A stretch of DNA of 64,000 bases, from assembly GCF_001194135.2 (NCBI RefSeq), contig NC_068994.1, positions 31,330,184-31,394,183 of the forward strand, read 5' to 3'. The position numbers and the translations under genes are program-made. The notes beneath the pieces were generated by a model. It was not told the DNA's origin and did not search any database. It was given only the letters and a program-made list of their open reading frames with translations. How positions within the stretch are numbered: the stretch's first letter is position 1; the number at the start of each line of letters is the position of its first letter. Positions 51,442-62,542 of this stretch are shown here, in pieces. This stretch comes from Octopus bimaculoides. Taxonomy: Eukaryota.

Positions 51442-54094
51442 NNNNNNNNNNATATATATATGGATAGACACACATATATATGCAAAAACATTTCCTTAGC
51501 GTTAATGGACATCCTGTAACTGATTGGTAATTCAGTCTTGGTCAGGTTTACTTATTGGCCACTATTCCAAGTTTTAAATGTCTGCAGTTCTCCCACAACT
51601 CCTGGGATGAGCATAAGGTTGTGGCTATTAGAGGTGTTGTTACAAGTACTGGCCCCTAAACAGCTGTGTGATTGCCTCAGGGAGTGTTATGATGGAAATG
51701 GCCTGATAACAGCATTTAGGAATGAGCTTTCTGAACACCAAATTCCTCACTGATCTCCTCATTATTATCCCCTTTATGCACACCCCCTACATTTCTCACC
51801 CATAATCTATCCAAACATTTTCTAATTGAAATAATCATAATAGATCTGGAAAAACATTATCACTGCTAAGAAATGGCAATAACCATTATAGTAATTAAGG
51901 GATATAGTACAGGTTGAACCTCTTTAATTCAGCAAACTTAGGACCTGACCATTACTAGATTACAGAAAATTCTGTACTACAAAAACTGATCTTTGAGTGA
52001 CCCATTAAAAGAATCCTCTATGTAACCATATGTATGCAACATATATATATTGCAGCAACCTTTCAAAGTTTGCCACTCTTTAAACTTTGCTAGCTTTCAT
52101 TTTCAGCAAAAAACTTTAGAATTTGTTCTTTTAATTTCTTTAAATCATACACAGTCAATGATCTGACACCACAGTATTCACACAAGCTCACTACTGAAGT
52201 TCCTTTCTCTATAACTCCACCTTTTCAAGCATAGATAATACTTTATGTTCATGCTTTTTAACATTAACACCATCTTCTGTATGTTTTGGTCTCTTGGATG
52301 ACCTCCTGATGAACTGAAATACAGTTGGATATATAAAATTTACAGAATTGTGTCAGGCACTCAGCTGGTGTAAACATAAATAAACCTGTATAAACATAAA
52401 TAAACCTTGCGCTTAACATTACCACCCCAGTGGTAGGTCTGCAAACTAATGGTAGCAGATACAAAATGTGTCAGACATAAATATTCAAGAACTGTAGAGT
52501 ACTTAATGCAAAAGTTAAAGGACAAACGTTGAATTGTTCAGTGTTCAAGAATAATAAGCAGATATTCCTCTACTGTGTTTGGCTTGTCTTTGCAACAAGC
52601 CATACACAGAAATCAGAAATGCACCTTATCCAATTCTGTCACATTTGGATTTTGCTATAAATTGATCCATTTTATTAGGGCTTTGTAGTATCTCTTCTCA
52701 CTTGTATCTCGTTTATTTTTTAAAATCATTAATAGCAATGTAGCTATTCTGTTCATCATGACTGATAGCTTACTACACATTCTGTGTTGTTTGGAGATCT
52801 CAACTCAGGTTTTCCAAACTAGGTACAAAGCAGAGAATAATTAAGTTAGTGTTAACATATCAAATGACATGAACATCAAAAACCTTATAAGAAACAATAA
52901 CATAGAGAAGAGAGGAAAGAGGAGCACAACCTCAATGCTTAATATTATTTTAATTGTTGTGGCAAAAATTGGAGACAATTACAATGTTGTTTCGGTCTTG
53001 TTAAACCTTCTCAGTGAAGCACATTTCACAACATTTGCTTAAGTTGTGATAAAGGAATTACTAAGTATAGTTAGAGAAATTAAATATGCTAGTTTTCCAC
53101 ACCTACACAGATTACTATATTGTAATCTTATGGAGTAATTTTCTCATCAATACTTCAAAAAAAGTACAGCCAGCCATCACTCACAAATGAGTATGGCTTA
53201 ATAACATCCACTACATTTTTGCTAGGCTGTGTAGTAAGTAGCTTGCTTACCAACCACATGATTCTGGGTTCAGTCCCACTGCGTGGCACCTTGGGCAGGT
53301 GTCTTCTACTATAGCCTCGGGCCGACCAAAACCTGAGTGGATTTGGTAGACGGAAACTGAAAGAAGCCCGCCGTATATGTATATGTGTGTATATGTTTGT
53401 GTGTCTGTGTTTGTCCACCCCAACCAACATTGCTTGACAACCGATGCTGGTGTGTTTACATCCCTGTCAAATAACTGAAACAAATAAAAGAATAATTGCT
53501 TGAGGTACCTATGTAGTTACAAGCTTACATGGACAGCCCCTTGGTACAGCAGAGCAATCCAAGAAGAGAGAGGGCTGCTACTCATTACTGTTGAATAAAC
53601 ACGAAGGCATGTGGCCTAGTAGTTAGGGTGTTTGATTTATAATCATAAATTTGTAGATTCAGTTCTTGGACAGAACTGTGCATTGGGTTTTTGAGCAAGC
53701 CACTTCATTTCATGTTGCTTGATTATAATGAGTATCAGCCAGGAAGCTAGTACAGCACCCCAATTTTCTCTCTCTCTCCACCTGTTACATCCTGAATATT
53801 CAGCTGGACCAAAAATGAGGGACCGAGAGGGTGTCTATGTTTACTTGCAACTACATTGAGACATAAAACAATTAGTGAAATTATGGTACATGTTACTTAA
53901 CTATATTCACACAAGAGTTGGTTGTACTTTGATAAGTGCAGTGAAACCTATGCTTCACTGAGAAAACCTAATAAAACTGAAACATTTCCAATGTTGTCTC
54001 CTGTATTTTGCCAAACTGATTAGAATATATATAAAAAAAAAATATTCATTAAGTTCACAGCATTAGTATTTCTAATTAGGTTTTTCATACATAC

Positions 54095-54323
54095 TTTACC
54101 CTTTTGTTACCAACCCGGCTGAAACCGGCTCTGGCTCTGAGTACAAATGTCTTGTTTTCATAAGTTTTGAATTAAAATCTTCCACCAAAACTTAGTCACA
54201 GTTTATGTTCCTAACACTAGCTGAATGATAACTAAGTTATTTCACTAAATTCTTTGTTTATATTTCAAGTAATTGAAAGAAACACAGAGCATCTCAAAAT
54301 AAATACAGTAACGAAAGGGTTAA
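54095..54323. mobile_element. piggyBac-like MITE (second family)
   Basis: TTTA-CCCTTTTGTTAC ... GTAACGAAAGGG-TTAA. Confidence 0.78.
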
Positions 54324-55180
54324 CTGTTGATTTTCATGAAGTGTGCAAATTTTATAATCCTAAAGGATGAGAAGGAGGAAATGTTTTGACATTGGAGAAG
54401 ATAATNNNNNNNNNNNNNNNNNNNNNNNNNNNNNNNNNNNNNNNNNNNNNNNNNNNNNNNNNNNNNNNNNNNNNNNNNNNNNNNNNNNNNNNNNNNNNNN
54501 NNNNNNNNNNNNNNNCATAATGTTAAATAGCTTATAAGTATTTACTAAAAGGTGAAAAAACATGTCTGCGTGTATTTTAGTTTTTAGCTTTAGAATAAAT
54601 CTAGTAACAGGAGTTATTTTTTATCTTCTACTTGTTTCAGTCACTGGACTACAACCATGCTGGGGCACTACCTTGAAAAGTATTAATTGAACAAATTGAC
54701 CTTAGTACTTACATTTTATAAAGTTTGGTTTTTATTCTAAGTCTTTTTTTTCTTTTTTTTTTTCTAGTTCTTACAATTTGCATTTTTTACAGTTTATATA
54801 ATTGCCATTATGCATACTGAAACATACACACTCTATCTCACACACACACTTTCTAGGCTGCATCCAGAGAAAAGTTATTCAACTGACTGGCATAAAGTTA
54901 TTCACAAACATGCTCTTACTTCTGGCCCTTAACCCTAATTGCTTTTACTCCACTCAGGCACTCCTGACTCTTTCATCTCTCTTCTCCTCATTATCCATGT
55001 GTATGTCCAACACCTCAGGAGCCACATTCACTACTAAATTAGGATGTTATGGTCTGGAACTCCTTCCTGCAGGTGTCAACTTGCAAAGTTCAAGTGGAGC
55101 ATTATGAAAACTGGAATTTCAACAACATCAGCAGGATATTTTTGTATGTATGTATGTACATGCATGCATGCATACATAAA

Positions 55181-55600
55181 TGTAGTGTGAGATTATAATT
55201 TGATGATACTTTTGTTAAAAGTTCTATTGGAGGTTTTTGTGAAAATGATTTTTAATGTAATGGGAAAAAAGGATCAATCTATTGGTTTAACTACAGTTAA
55301 ATTAAGTGGTGGGTTATACCACATTATATTCCTTATTCTATTTTTGCTTCTATTCCTATTATTGTTATAATTTATTGATTGGATATGTTTAGTTACACAC
55401 ACACACACATACATAATAGTAGGAATAGAAGCAAAAATAGAGTAAGGAATATAATGTGGTATAACCCACCACTTAATTTAACTCCAGTTAAATCAATAGC
55501 CTGATTCTTTTTTCCATGACATTAAAAATGATTTCCATGAAAACCCAATACTATGGAACTTTTAATAAAAGTATCATAAAATTATCTTACCATACTACAC
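55181..55600. repeat. Long inverted repeat (arms about 185 bp, spacer about 55 bp)
   Basis: 55181-55362 aligns to the reverse complement of 55416-55600; the inner roughly 65 bp is nearly perfect. Confidence 0.9.
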
Positions 55601-56359
55601 CTAATTTTATGCAAACCCTTACGACCTCTGATCTAAAAAAGTTCAGTTTTACAAAGTATAGTATACAGGCATGCCATTAGTAACTTCATGAAGCAAAGTA
55701 GCTGCTTTTTAGAAAATGGGTGCCTTGTTGATAACACAATGTATAAATGCAATGTTACCAGTAATAACTCAACACAAACACACACACCACACATATGTGT
55801 GTATATATATATATATACGTATGTATGAATGTGTGTGTAGTAGTGGCAGTAGTAGTAGTAGTTGGAGGAGGAGGAGGAGGTTCCGTTTTTACAGCTTTTA
55901 AACTATGTTGCAACAACCAACAATTGCAGTCTTTCATTTTGAAACCCAAATAGAAAAAAATGAAACATTACAATCAAACTGCATTCCTTAAGAGGAAAAT
56001 GGTGTCTGGAAATCAGAGAACTTAACTGGTTATCTTAAACTTACTTTATCTATGCTCCACTATCACAACTTTTCTATATTTACAGATCCCATTCCATTAT
56101 TTATCACAAATTTCATTTGGATAGTATGTATAGAGCAAAACGTTTGGCCATGGGTATTGAATCATTTTAATGTAATAATGCGCACTAATATTCGTGATAT
56201 TAAACTCTCTCTCCCTCTCTCTTTTCTCTCTCTCTCTCTCTCTCTCGTGAGTTCTGTAATTCAGCGTTGCTTCCACTTGTGACTATTTTTTACATTTATA
56301 CATATATACATACACACACGAGAGAGAGAGCAGATCTTCTTTGATATATAAACCTAAAT

Positions 56360-56895
56360 TCGATGACGGCGTAACCCTAAACACCGGGTGTGCGTATTCT
56401 TTACCTTCGCCTCGATTACCTTGTTCAGCGAAGTTTGTATTGTAAAGGAAACAATGTGTTCGATTTGAGATAGTCGTTAAATTTATTCCGTAAACAATTT
56501 TTAGTCGTGGATTTACAAGATCAAGCGTTTTCCTGTTTTGCTATTTGATAACAAAAACTAAATAAATTAGCGGGTAGACAATACAAACCCTCATAGACTG
56601 GTGAGATTAATGAGGGTCCAACCTGGACACCTTCGGGAAAATAGTAGGTAGGGATGGGGACCACTAACCGCAAAGTTCTTGAGAACGTTAGCAGCTCACC
56701 CCGCAGAGGTGTCAGGTGATGCCCGTGAGGGAGCCTGGCTTTCACAATGCCTGAGCCTCGCCATCACCCGTGGTAATGCTGCGAGCTTCAGTAGATTCTG
56801 TTAAACCTTGTGGTGTGCGACCAGTGATAATTCTTAGAGAAGCTTTTCATACAGATCTGAGAGTGATAGCATTTATCATATGTATGAGTACATTT
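56360..56895 (+). ncRNA. Candidate structured ncRNA; telomerase-RNA-like motif order (unconfirmed)
   Basis: More than ten mutually nested helices (up to 11 bp perfect), UUCG and GNRA tetraloops, TAACCCTAA near the 5' end, and an ANANNA box, a UGAG-containing hairpin and ACA near the 3' end. Confidence 0.3.
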
Positions 56896-59788
56896 GTGAA
56901 GATTAAAGTCACTGGTACCAGGGAATATTTGATCAGTCGTATGGTCTGAATGCTTACCGAAAGTGAAACTTCACTAGACGCAATCCTGGACTAAGGTGTG
57001 TGAGTGTTAAACTAGAAGCAGACGGTAAATGGCTGGGCGTGTATGTGTAAGCGTACACGCGCGTGCGTATGCAGGAGTGGCATGTTAGTGTATTAGTGTG
57101 TACAAATGGCTATCAGAGCACAGAAACTGTCCTCTGAGGGTTTTTTTAATTTATTTTGAACAACTATTCAACATGAAAGGAGCGTTCGTAGGTCTTATTG
57201 AATACAAGACAAAGCTGTGAGATTCAACAACAGCAAAAAGAACAAAACAGAATTTGAAATAACAGTATATTTTGTCATTCGTGAGGAATAATTTACATTC
57301 GGAACTTGCGTTCCTCAGCACCGCTTTAGAATTATTCCGGCATCTTTCGGAAACTTAAAATATTCATTGGAGGTTTGTGTCACTTTGATACATAAGCGTG
57401 GGTGTATACATACACACAGACATACACACAGATACACACACACGCACACACAAACACACACACGTGTATGTGTTTGTATGAAATATATTTATGTTTGTAT
57501 ACATATGTGTGTTTGTTTATATATATGTATATATATAGTTCTTTGAAAAGAAATTCTTCCCACCATTGAATCCTTTACGTATTGGATATGTACATATATT
57601 GGTGATTGATCTCAAACCATTGAATAAGGTGATCGAGTTAAAGTTTTCACACTGTCTTCACCATTGTTTAATCTCCAAACCGTTTATTTATTATTTTTAA
57701 TATCGAGATATTACCATCTTCTTGGTACGGTCTGATCTTTATTGTCCGTTGTTGATGCTGTGGACGTTGTTGTTGATGTCTGGGACAGTCCTATGAATGT
57801 TGCTGACAAAGTTGGTTTTATTTTTATTGCTATTTGGTTCCAATCCAATACCCTGATCAAAAGCATTGCTGTCATGACCAATACACGGTTTTAGTGATAT
57901 AAAGGACTACATTATCTGATTCTATCATGTCCTTGTTTAGACGGCAGAATGTGATTTTTGTGAGATTTTGTTTTTTGTTTTCTAACTGGTCCAGCTACCA
58001 GGTAGAGGCTCCCTTGTTGAGTCGTATGGCTGCAGTATAATGTTCAAGCTATTGATATGTTGCACTAGAGAATCTATGGTTAAAACAAATTTATATCATA
58101 AAAGATGTTTATCCCCAGTCTTATTTTAAATCACTATGGGCCTGCATAGGATGTTGTATGGTGATAGTTCGGACATGTCCTACTAGGATTATTTCACAGC
58201 TTGATTTGACAAACCAATAAAGTAGTTTTTACATGCTTTCTCAACATGCTAGAAATAGAACAAATTTCCTTCCAGCCATTATACACTACCGTTTAAAAAG
58301 AAAAAAAAATTAAATAGTACCCAATGTAGTCTCAGGTGTTTTATATCTGGAAAGGCAAGGATGTCACGGTTGGCTTTTGATCAATAGGGCTGTTCTGTCA
58401 GCGCTGGGCTGCGGTCAAACATCAACAATTTCATTTTGTGTCTGGATATGAAGTTAAGCGGTGATCGTAACAAGCAGACAAGTTATACTCGATCGCTTTG
58501 TAGTGTATTTCGTGGTTCCGGAATTGTCATAGAAGGCTAGCTGTTCTCAGAGAAAATAATCACTGGAGCGAATTTTGTCGTCGTCGTCGTGCACTGCTTA
58601 TCTACAGCTACATTATCGTTTGGTCCAGAATGTGGTGTGATGAAGATGATTTGGTTGTTATTTCTAGCAAGCTGAGCGACCACACTGAGGATTTTCTATT
58701 GATTCGTAGTTTGTGTATTGTTGTGTTGCTGGCGTGCATTAGGGTGTTGCTAACGTGAATAAGTTGTTGTTTAACCCCCAAATTGGAAAAGATCTATTAC
58801 CATCCCATATTTTTCTCAAACTACTAATTATCTAATGTATCTTTCCCATTTTCAGACGACAAGGTGCGGTTTTAGGGAGATTTGGCTGCTATTTCTAACA
58901 GATCAAGTGACCACGTAGGTGTTAGGTGTTGGTCGGTTACACCTGACTGCTGCTGTCATAATTGGTATCCATCCACGCATCAACAAGAATATTTTTGTTT
59001 TCTAATGCAGGTAAGTGTTATTATTGTTGTTTAGCCACTGGTCAGACTTATCTTTCACTTGTTTCAGTCAGTAGACTGCGGCCATGCTGGGGCTAAGTTT
59101 GTCTCTTTTTTTTTTTTTAACCCAAGGCAGTGTATCTCGGATTTATAGTAATTTAATCTCCTTTCTGTTTCAAAACGGTAGAATACACATTGAGGGAATT
59201 TTGGCTGCTAAGTTTTGCAGATCGAAAGACCACTTTCTCTCATTGCTGTAGCCCCAGGCCACCTTCTCATTTCAGAATTGCATAGGACTACATTATCTTA
59301 TGTATTATTTCATTGGTAGAATGTAAATTGAAGGACCTTGGCTGCTATTTCTAGCTACTTAACGACTGCATTGGGGTTCCTTCGTTGGCTCGGAATCTCT
59401 CGGTCGTTGTTGATCAGTAGATATGACATTAGTAGTAGTGTGTATGTATGTGTGTGTGTGTGTGTGTGAATACAGTTATTGTTTGGCTGCAAATCTCTCC
59501 AACGATGACCATCTTGTTTTATTTTTAGACTTAGTATATCCAAGACTATCCAATATGTATCGTTTGTTGAGGAGGAGGGTTAGATTTTGCTGCTATTTTT
59601 AGCATGCCAACCGACCAGCCGCTTAGAAGCTCCTTCGTTGTCTTGCAGAGACTGCTATGTTGGTTGTGTATGATGTTTTGAATATTTTAAATTTAATTGT
59701 TGGAAGCCCAGTCAAGTCTAATATTTGGTTCCTGATTTTGGTCAAATGTTAATGTTGAGGGAATTTTTTACAGACCGTGACCAAAAGT

Positions 59789-60123
59789 GTCCCAGCTGTG
59801 ACTGTCCCTCTTATTCTCTATCCTGTCGAATAGTGTTGTGTCTCTTATCCGATGTATCCGTTATCTAGTTCACAGTTGCTCCAAATGCTGGGCCTCGTAA
59901 GCGTAGCTACAGCAACTGCGAATCACGCTAGGCGAGGGGTGAGTTGTCCCAGCCGTGACCGTTCCTCTTGCTCTGTCTCTTATCTTATTGTGTAGTGTCT
60001 GAGGCCGATGCAGTCGTTATCTAAAACAGTCGAACAGCTGGAGCCTTCACAGTTAGGCCAAATACTGAACCTCACTAGGGTAGCTACGGCTACTGCGAAT
60101 CAAACTAAGTGAGAGGTGGGTTG
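59789..60123. repeat. Diverged tandem duplication, units of about 157-178 bp
   Basis: GTCCCAGC(T/C)GTGAC..CCGATG..CGTTATCTA..TTCACAGTT..GTAGCTAC..ACTGCGAATCA..GGTG(A/G)GTTG occurs at 59789 and 59946. Confidence 0.75.
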
Positions 60124-60148
60124 CAATGAAGATAGTCCGTTCTGGGTG

Positions 60149-60316
60149 GCGCTTTGGTAAATTTTCAGATTAACACCCGCACGATTTTCACTAGGGTGTT
60201 AGGGTTAGGGTTTTATAGTTAGGGTTACGGTTGCGGTTAGGGTTAGGGAATTCCGTCCCTAACCCTAACACCCTAGTGTAGATGGTGCGAGTGTTAATCT
60301 GAAAATTTACCGGCGC
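60149..60316. repeat. Palindromic element with interstitial TTAGGG repeats
   Basis: Perfect 22-bp inner inverted repeat CACTAGGGTGTTAGGGTTAGGG / CCCTAACCCTAACACCCTAGTG, plus about 35 bp of outer inverted arms. Confidence 0.85.
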
Positions 60317-60739
60317 TTTTATGAGGATAGCACTTTTGATTCTACTGTATAATCTTGTATGGTGGGTGATAAATTCAAGCGTTGCCTCGAGCGGCACACA
60401 CTAGCAACGCCACTGGTGATTCGAGGTCGATTTGGCAGCTATTTCCAGTAAGGTGAGTGACTCCTTTGGTCAAATGCTGTACTAGTGATCGGTTTGATTG
60501 CGATTTAACTGTGACTGTAGTTCTATGTGTTGTTTAGACAACAATAATGCGTGTGGGGGACGTTACCATGCGTAATGTTTGGTATAAAGTAATGGTTTCT
60601 AGTGTTTCTTGTGGGTAGTGCCTATACTGTTGTTTAACTCTGGTCGAGCAGACCTATACTCAAGGATTTCCAGATGTGACCATCGCATCTTTTTTGTGTA
60701 TCAGGGAATACATTGTTCAATGTATCATTCTTTATTGTG

Positions 60740-61084
60740 AGGCGGACGTAAAGAATGTGGATCGCGCCCCCTTTCGTTTTTTTTTTTTTTTCTACAGAAT
60801 TCCCCATTTTCGAGTTCGGAGATTCTGATTCTGCAAAAAACAAAAAACAAAAAAACAGCATTTTAAAATTTTAATCCCCCACCTCCGTATTTTTCTATGT
60901 ATTTCACAATAAAAAAAAAATTTCTGAAAAAAGTGAAAATTGAAGAATTTGGGCGGGGAAATTAAAATTTTAAAATGCTGTTTTTTTTTTTCTTGCAGAA
61001 TCAGAATTTCCGTATTCGAAAATGGGGGATTCTGTTTAAAAAAAAAACGAAAGTAGGTGCGATCCACATTCTTTACGTCTGCCT
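60740..61084. mobile_element. Foldback MITE with arms of about 140 bp
   Basis: AGGCGGACGTAAAGAATGTGGATCGC... matches the reverse complement of ...GCGATCCACATTCTTTACGTCTGCCT. Confidence 0.85.
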
Positions 61085-61439
61085 GGTTGTGATTTGATGG
61101 ATATTTGGATGTTATTTCTAGCAAATCGAGCGATTACGTAAAGGTTTTCTTCATTTGACCCATCATGCAGCAGTGACTATTATGTGCAGATTTTTTTTGC
61201 AAAACCAGGGTTCAAATATTTTCAGGCATAATTTGTAATTAGTAGCACATTCAGCATGTGTGAGTGCGTACGTACATATGTATGTATGCAGTACATGTTA
61301 GTTGAGGAGTTGAGGCGAAAGGGTTTTTTTTTTCTTTAATATGTTTCTTGAGAAATATTTTAACACTATTTTTTTGGATGAGCGAGTTAATTAGTGAATG
61401 ATGTGTTGAGTTGCTATTATTATTGTGTAGTTAGAGCTG

Positions 61440-62542
61440 TCTATGTATAGACCAAAAGTAGCCAGAGACATACAGTCTAAAGGAAACATCCACAATCTCT
61501 CCAATCTGAACTTAACAAAGCAAACTAGAAATCAATCCAAAAAGAGATCTTCAGACAGGACTGGCCGAAATGTCTGTTATGCAAACCTTATGCCAGAAAT
61601 ATGTCCCAGAGCACAAGGCCAACACAAAAAGAAACAAGATTCCAAGGGAGAGGATGATCCTCATGAGATGACAGACGAAGGGTGTAAAAAGCCTGCAACA
61701 ATCCTATGGGAAGGAGAGAGCAGTGAAAGAAGCTTAGGTTATAAAAAACATTAAGTCAAACCCAAAGGCCTTCTTTCATTATGCCAAAGAAACAGCCTCA
61801 GTACACTGCAAAATAGGATCCCTCTTCCAAAAGGATGGCTCCATCACAGACAGTACTGAATGACCAGTTCAAAAGTGTCTTTGCCACCCCGTTGGAACAC
61901 AGACAAGTGAATGAACCAGTGGATTTCTTTGCCGCCTCACCTATAACCAACGAGGCAGTTATGATGGATTACATTGACATTGGTGAAGAAGATATACTAC
62001 TGGCCATAGATGAGGTGGATGCAAACTCAACTGCTGGTCCTGATAGTTTCCCAGCAATCCTCAAAGCATGTAAGCATGCCCTGGCAAAATCACTACAGAT
62101 TCTCTTCCAGATCTTTCTTGCAAATGACAGGCTGCCAAGCAAACTGAAGGAGGGAATAATATGCCCAATCCATAAAGGAGGAAGCAGAGCAGATGCCAAA
62201 AACTATAGGCCTATCTCTCTGACTTCACACATCAGCAAAGTCATGGAACAGATAGTCAGAGGGAAATTGATTGCATTCCTTGAAGAAAATGACTTGCTGA
62301 CTGATAGCATGGCTTTTGACCAGGTAGGAGCTGCCTGATCCAGCTCTTACAGCACTATAACTGGGTATTGAGGCAGGTACCCAACAACTCAAATATGGAT
62401 GTAATATACCTTGACTTTGCAAAAGCTTTTGATAAAGTGGATTATGATATGATATACCACAAACTGCGTGATCTTGGCGTAGCTGGAAAACTTGGAGAGT
62501 GGTTACATGACTTTCTGAAAGATAGAAGTCAGGCAGTAGTGG
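61440..62542 (+). mobile_element. Decayed CR1/L2-group LINE, reverse transcriptase N-terminal part
   Basis: AGPDSFPA, NYRPISLTSHISKVME and DVIYLDFAKAFDKV occur across frameshifted frames. Confidence 0.9.

Noticed and set aside
56560-56830. RNase P/MRP, SRP, 7SK, HDV-like or twister ribozyme, or LTR primer-binding site as the identity of the structured segment
   Set aside because: I could not find the required paired conserved cores (CR-I with CR-V, SRP helix 8, HDV P3/L3, a tRNA-complementary PBS) on either strand.
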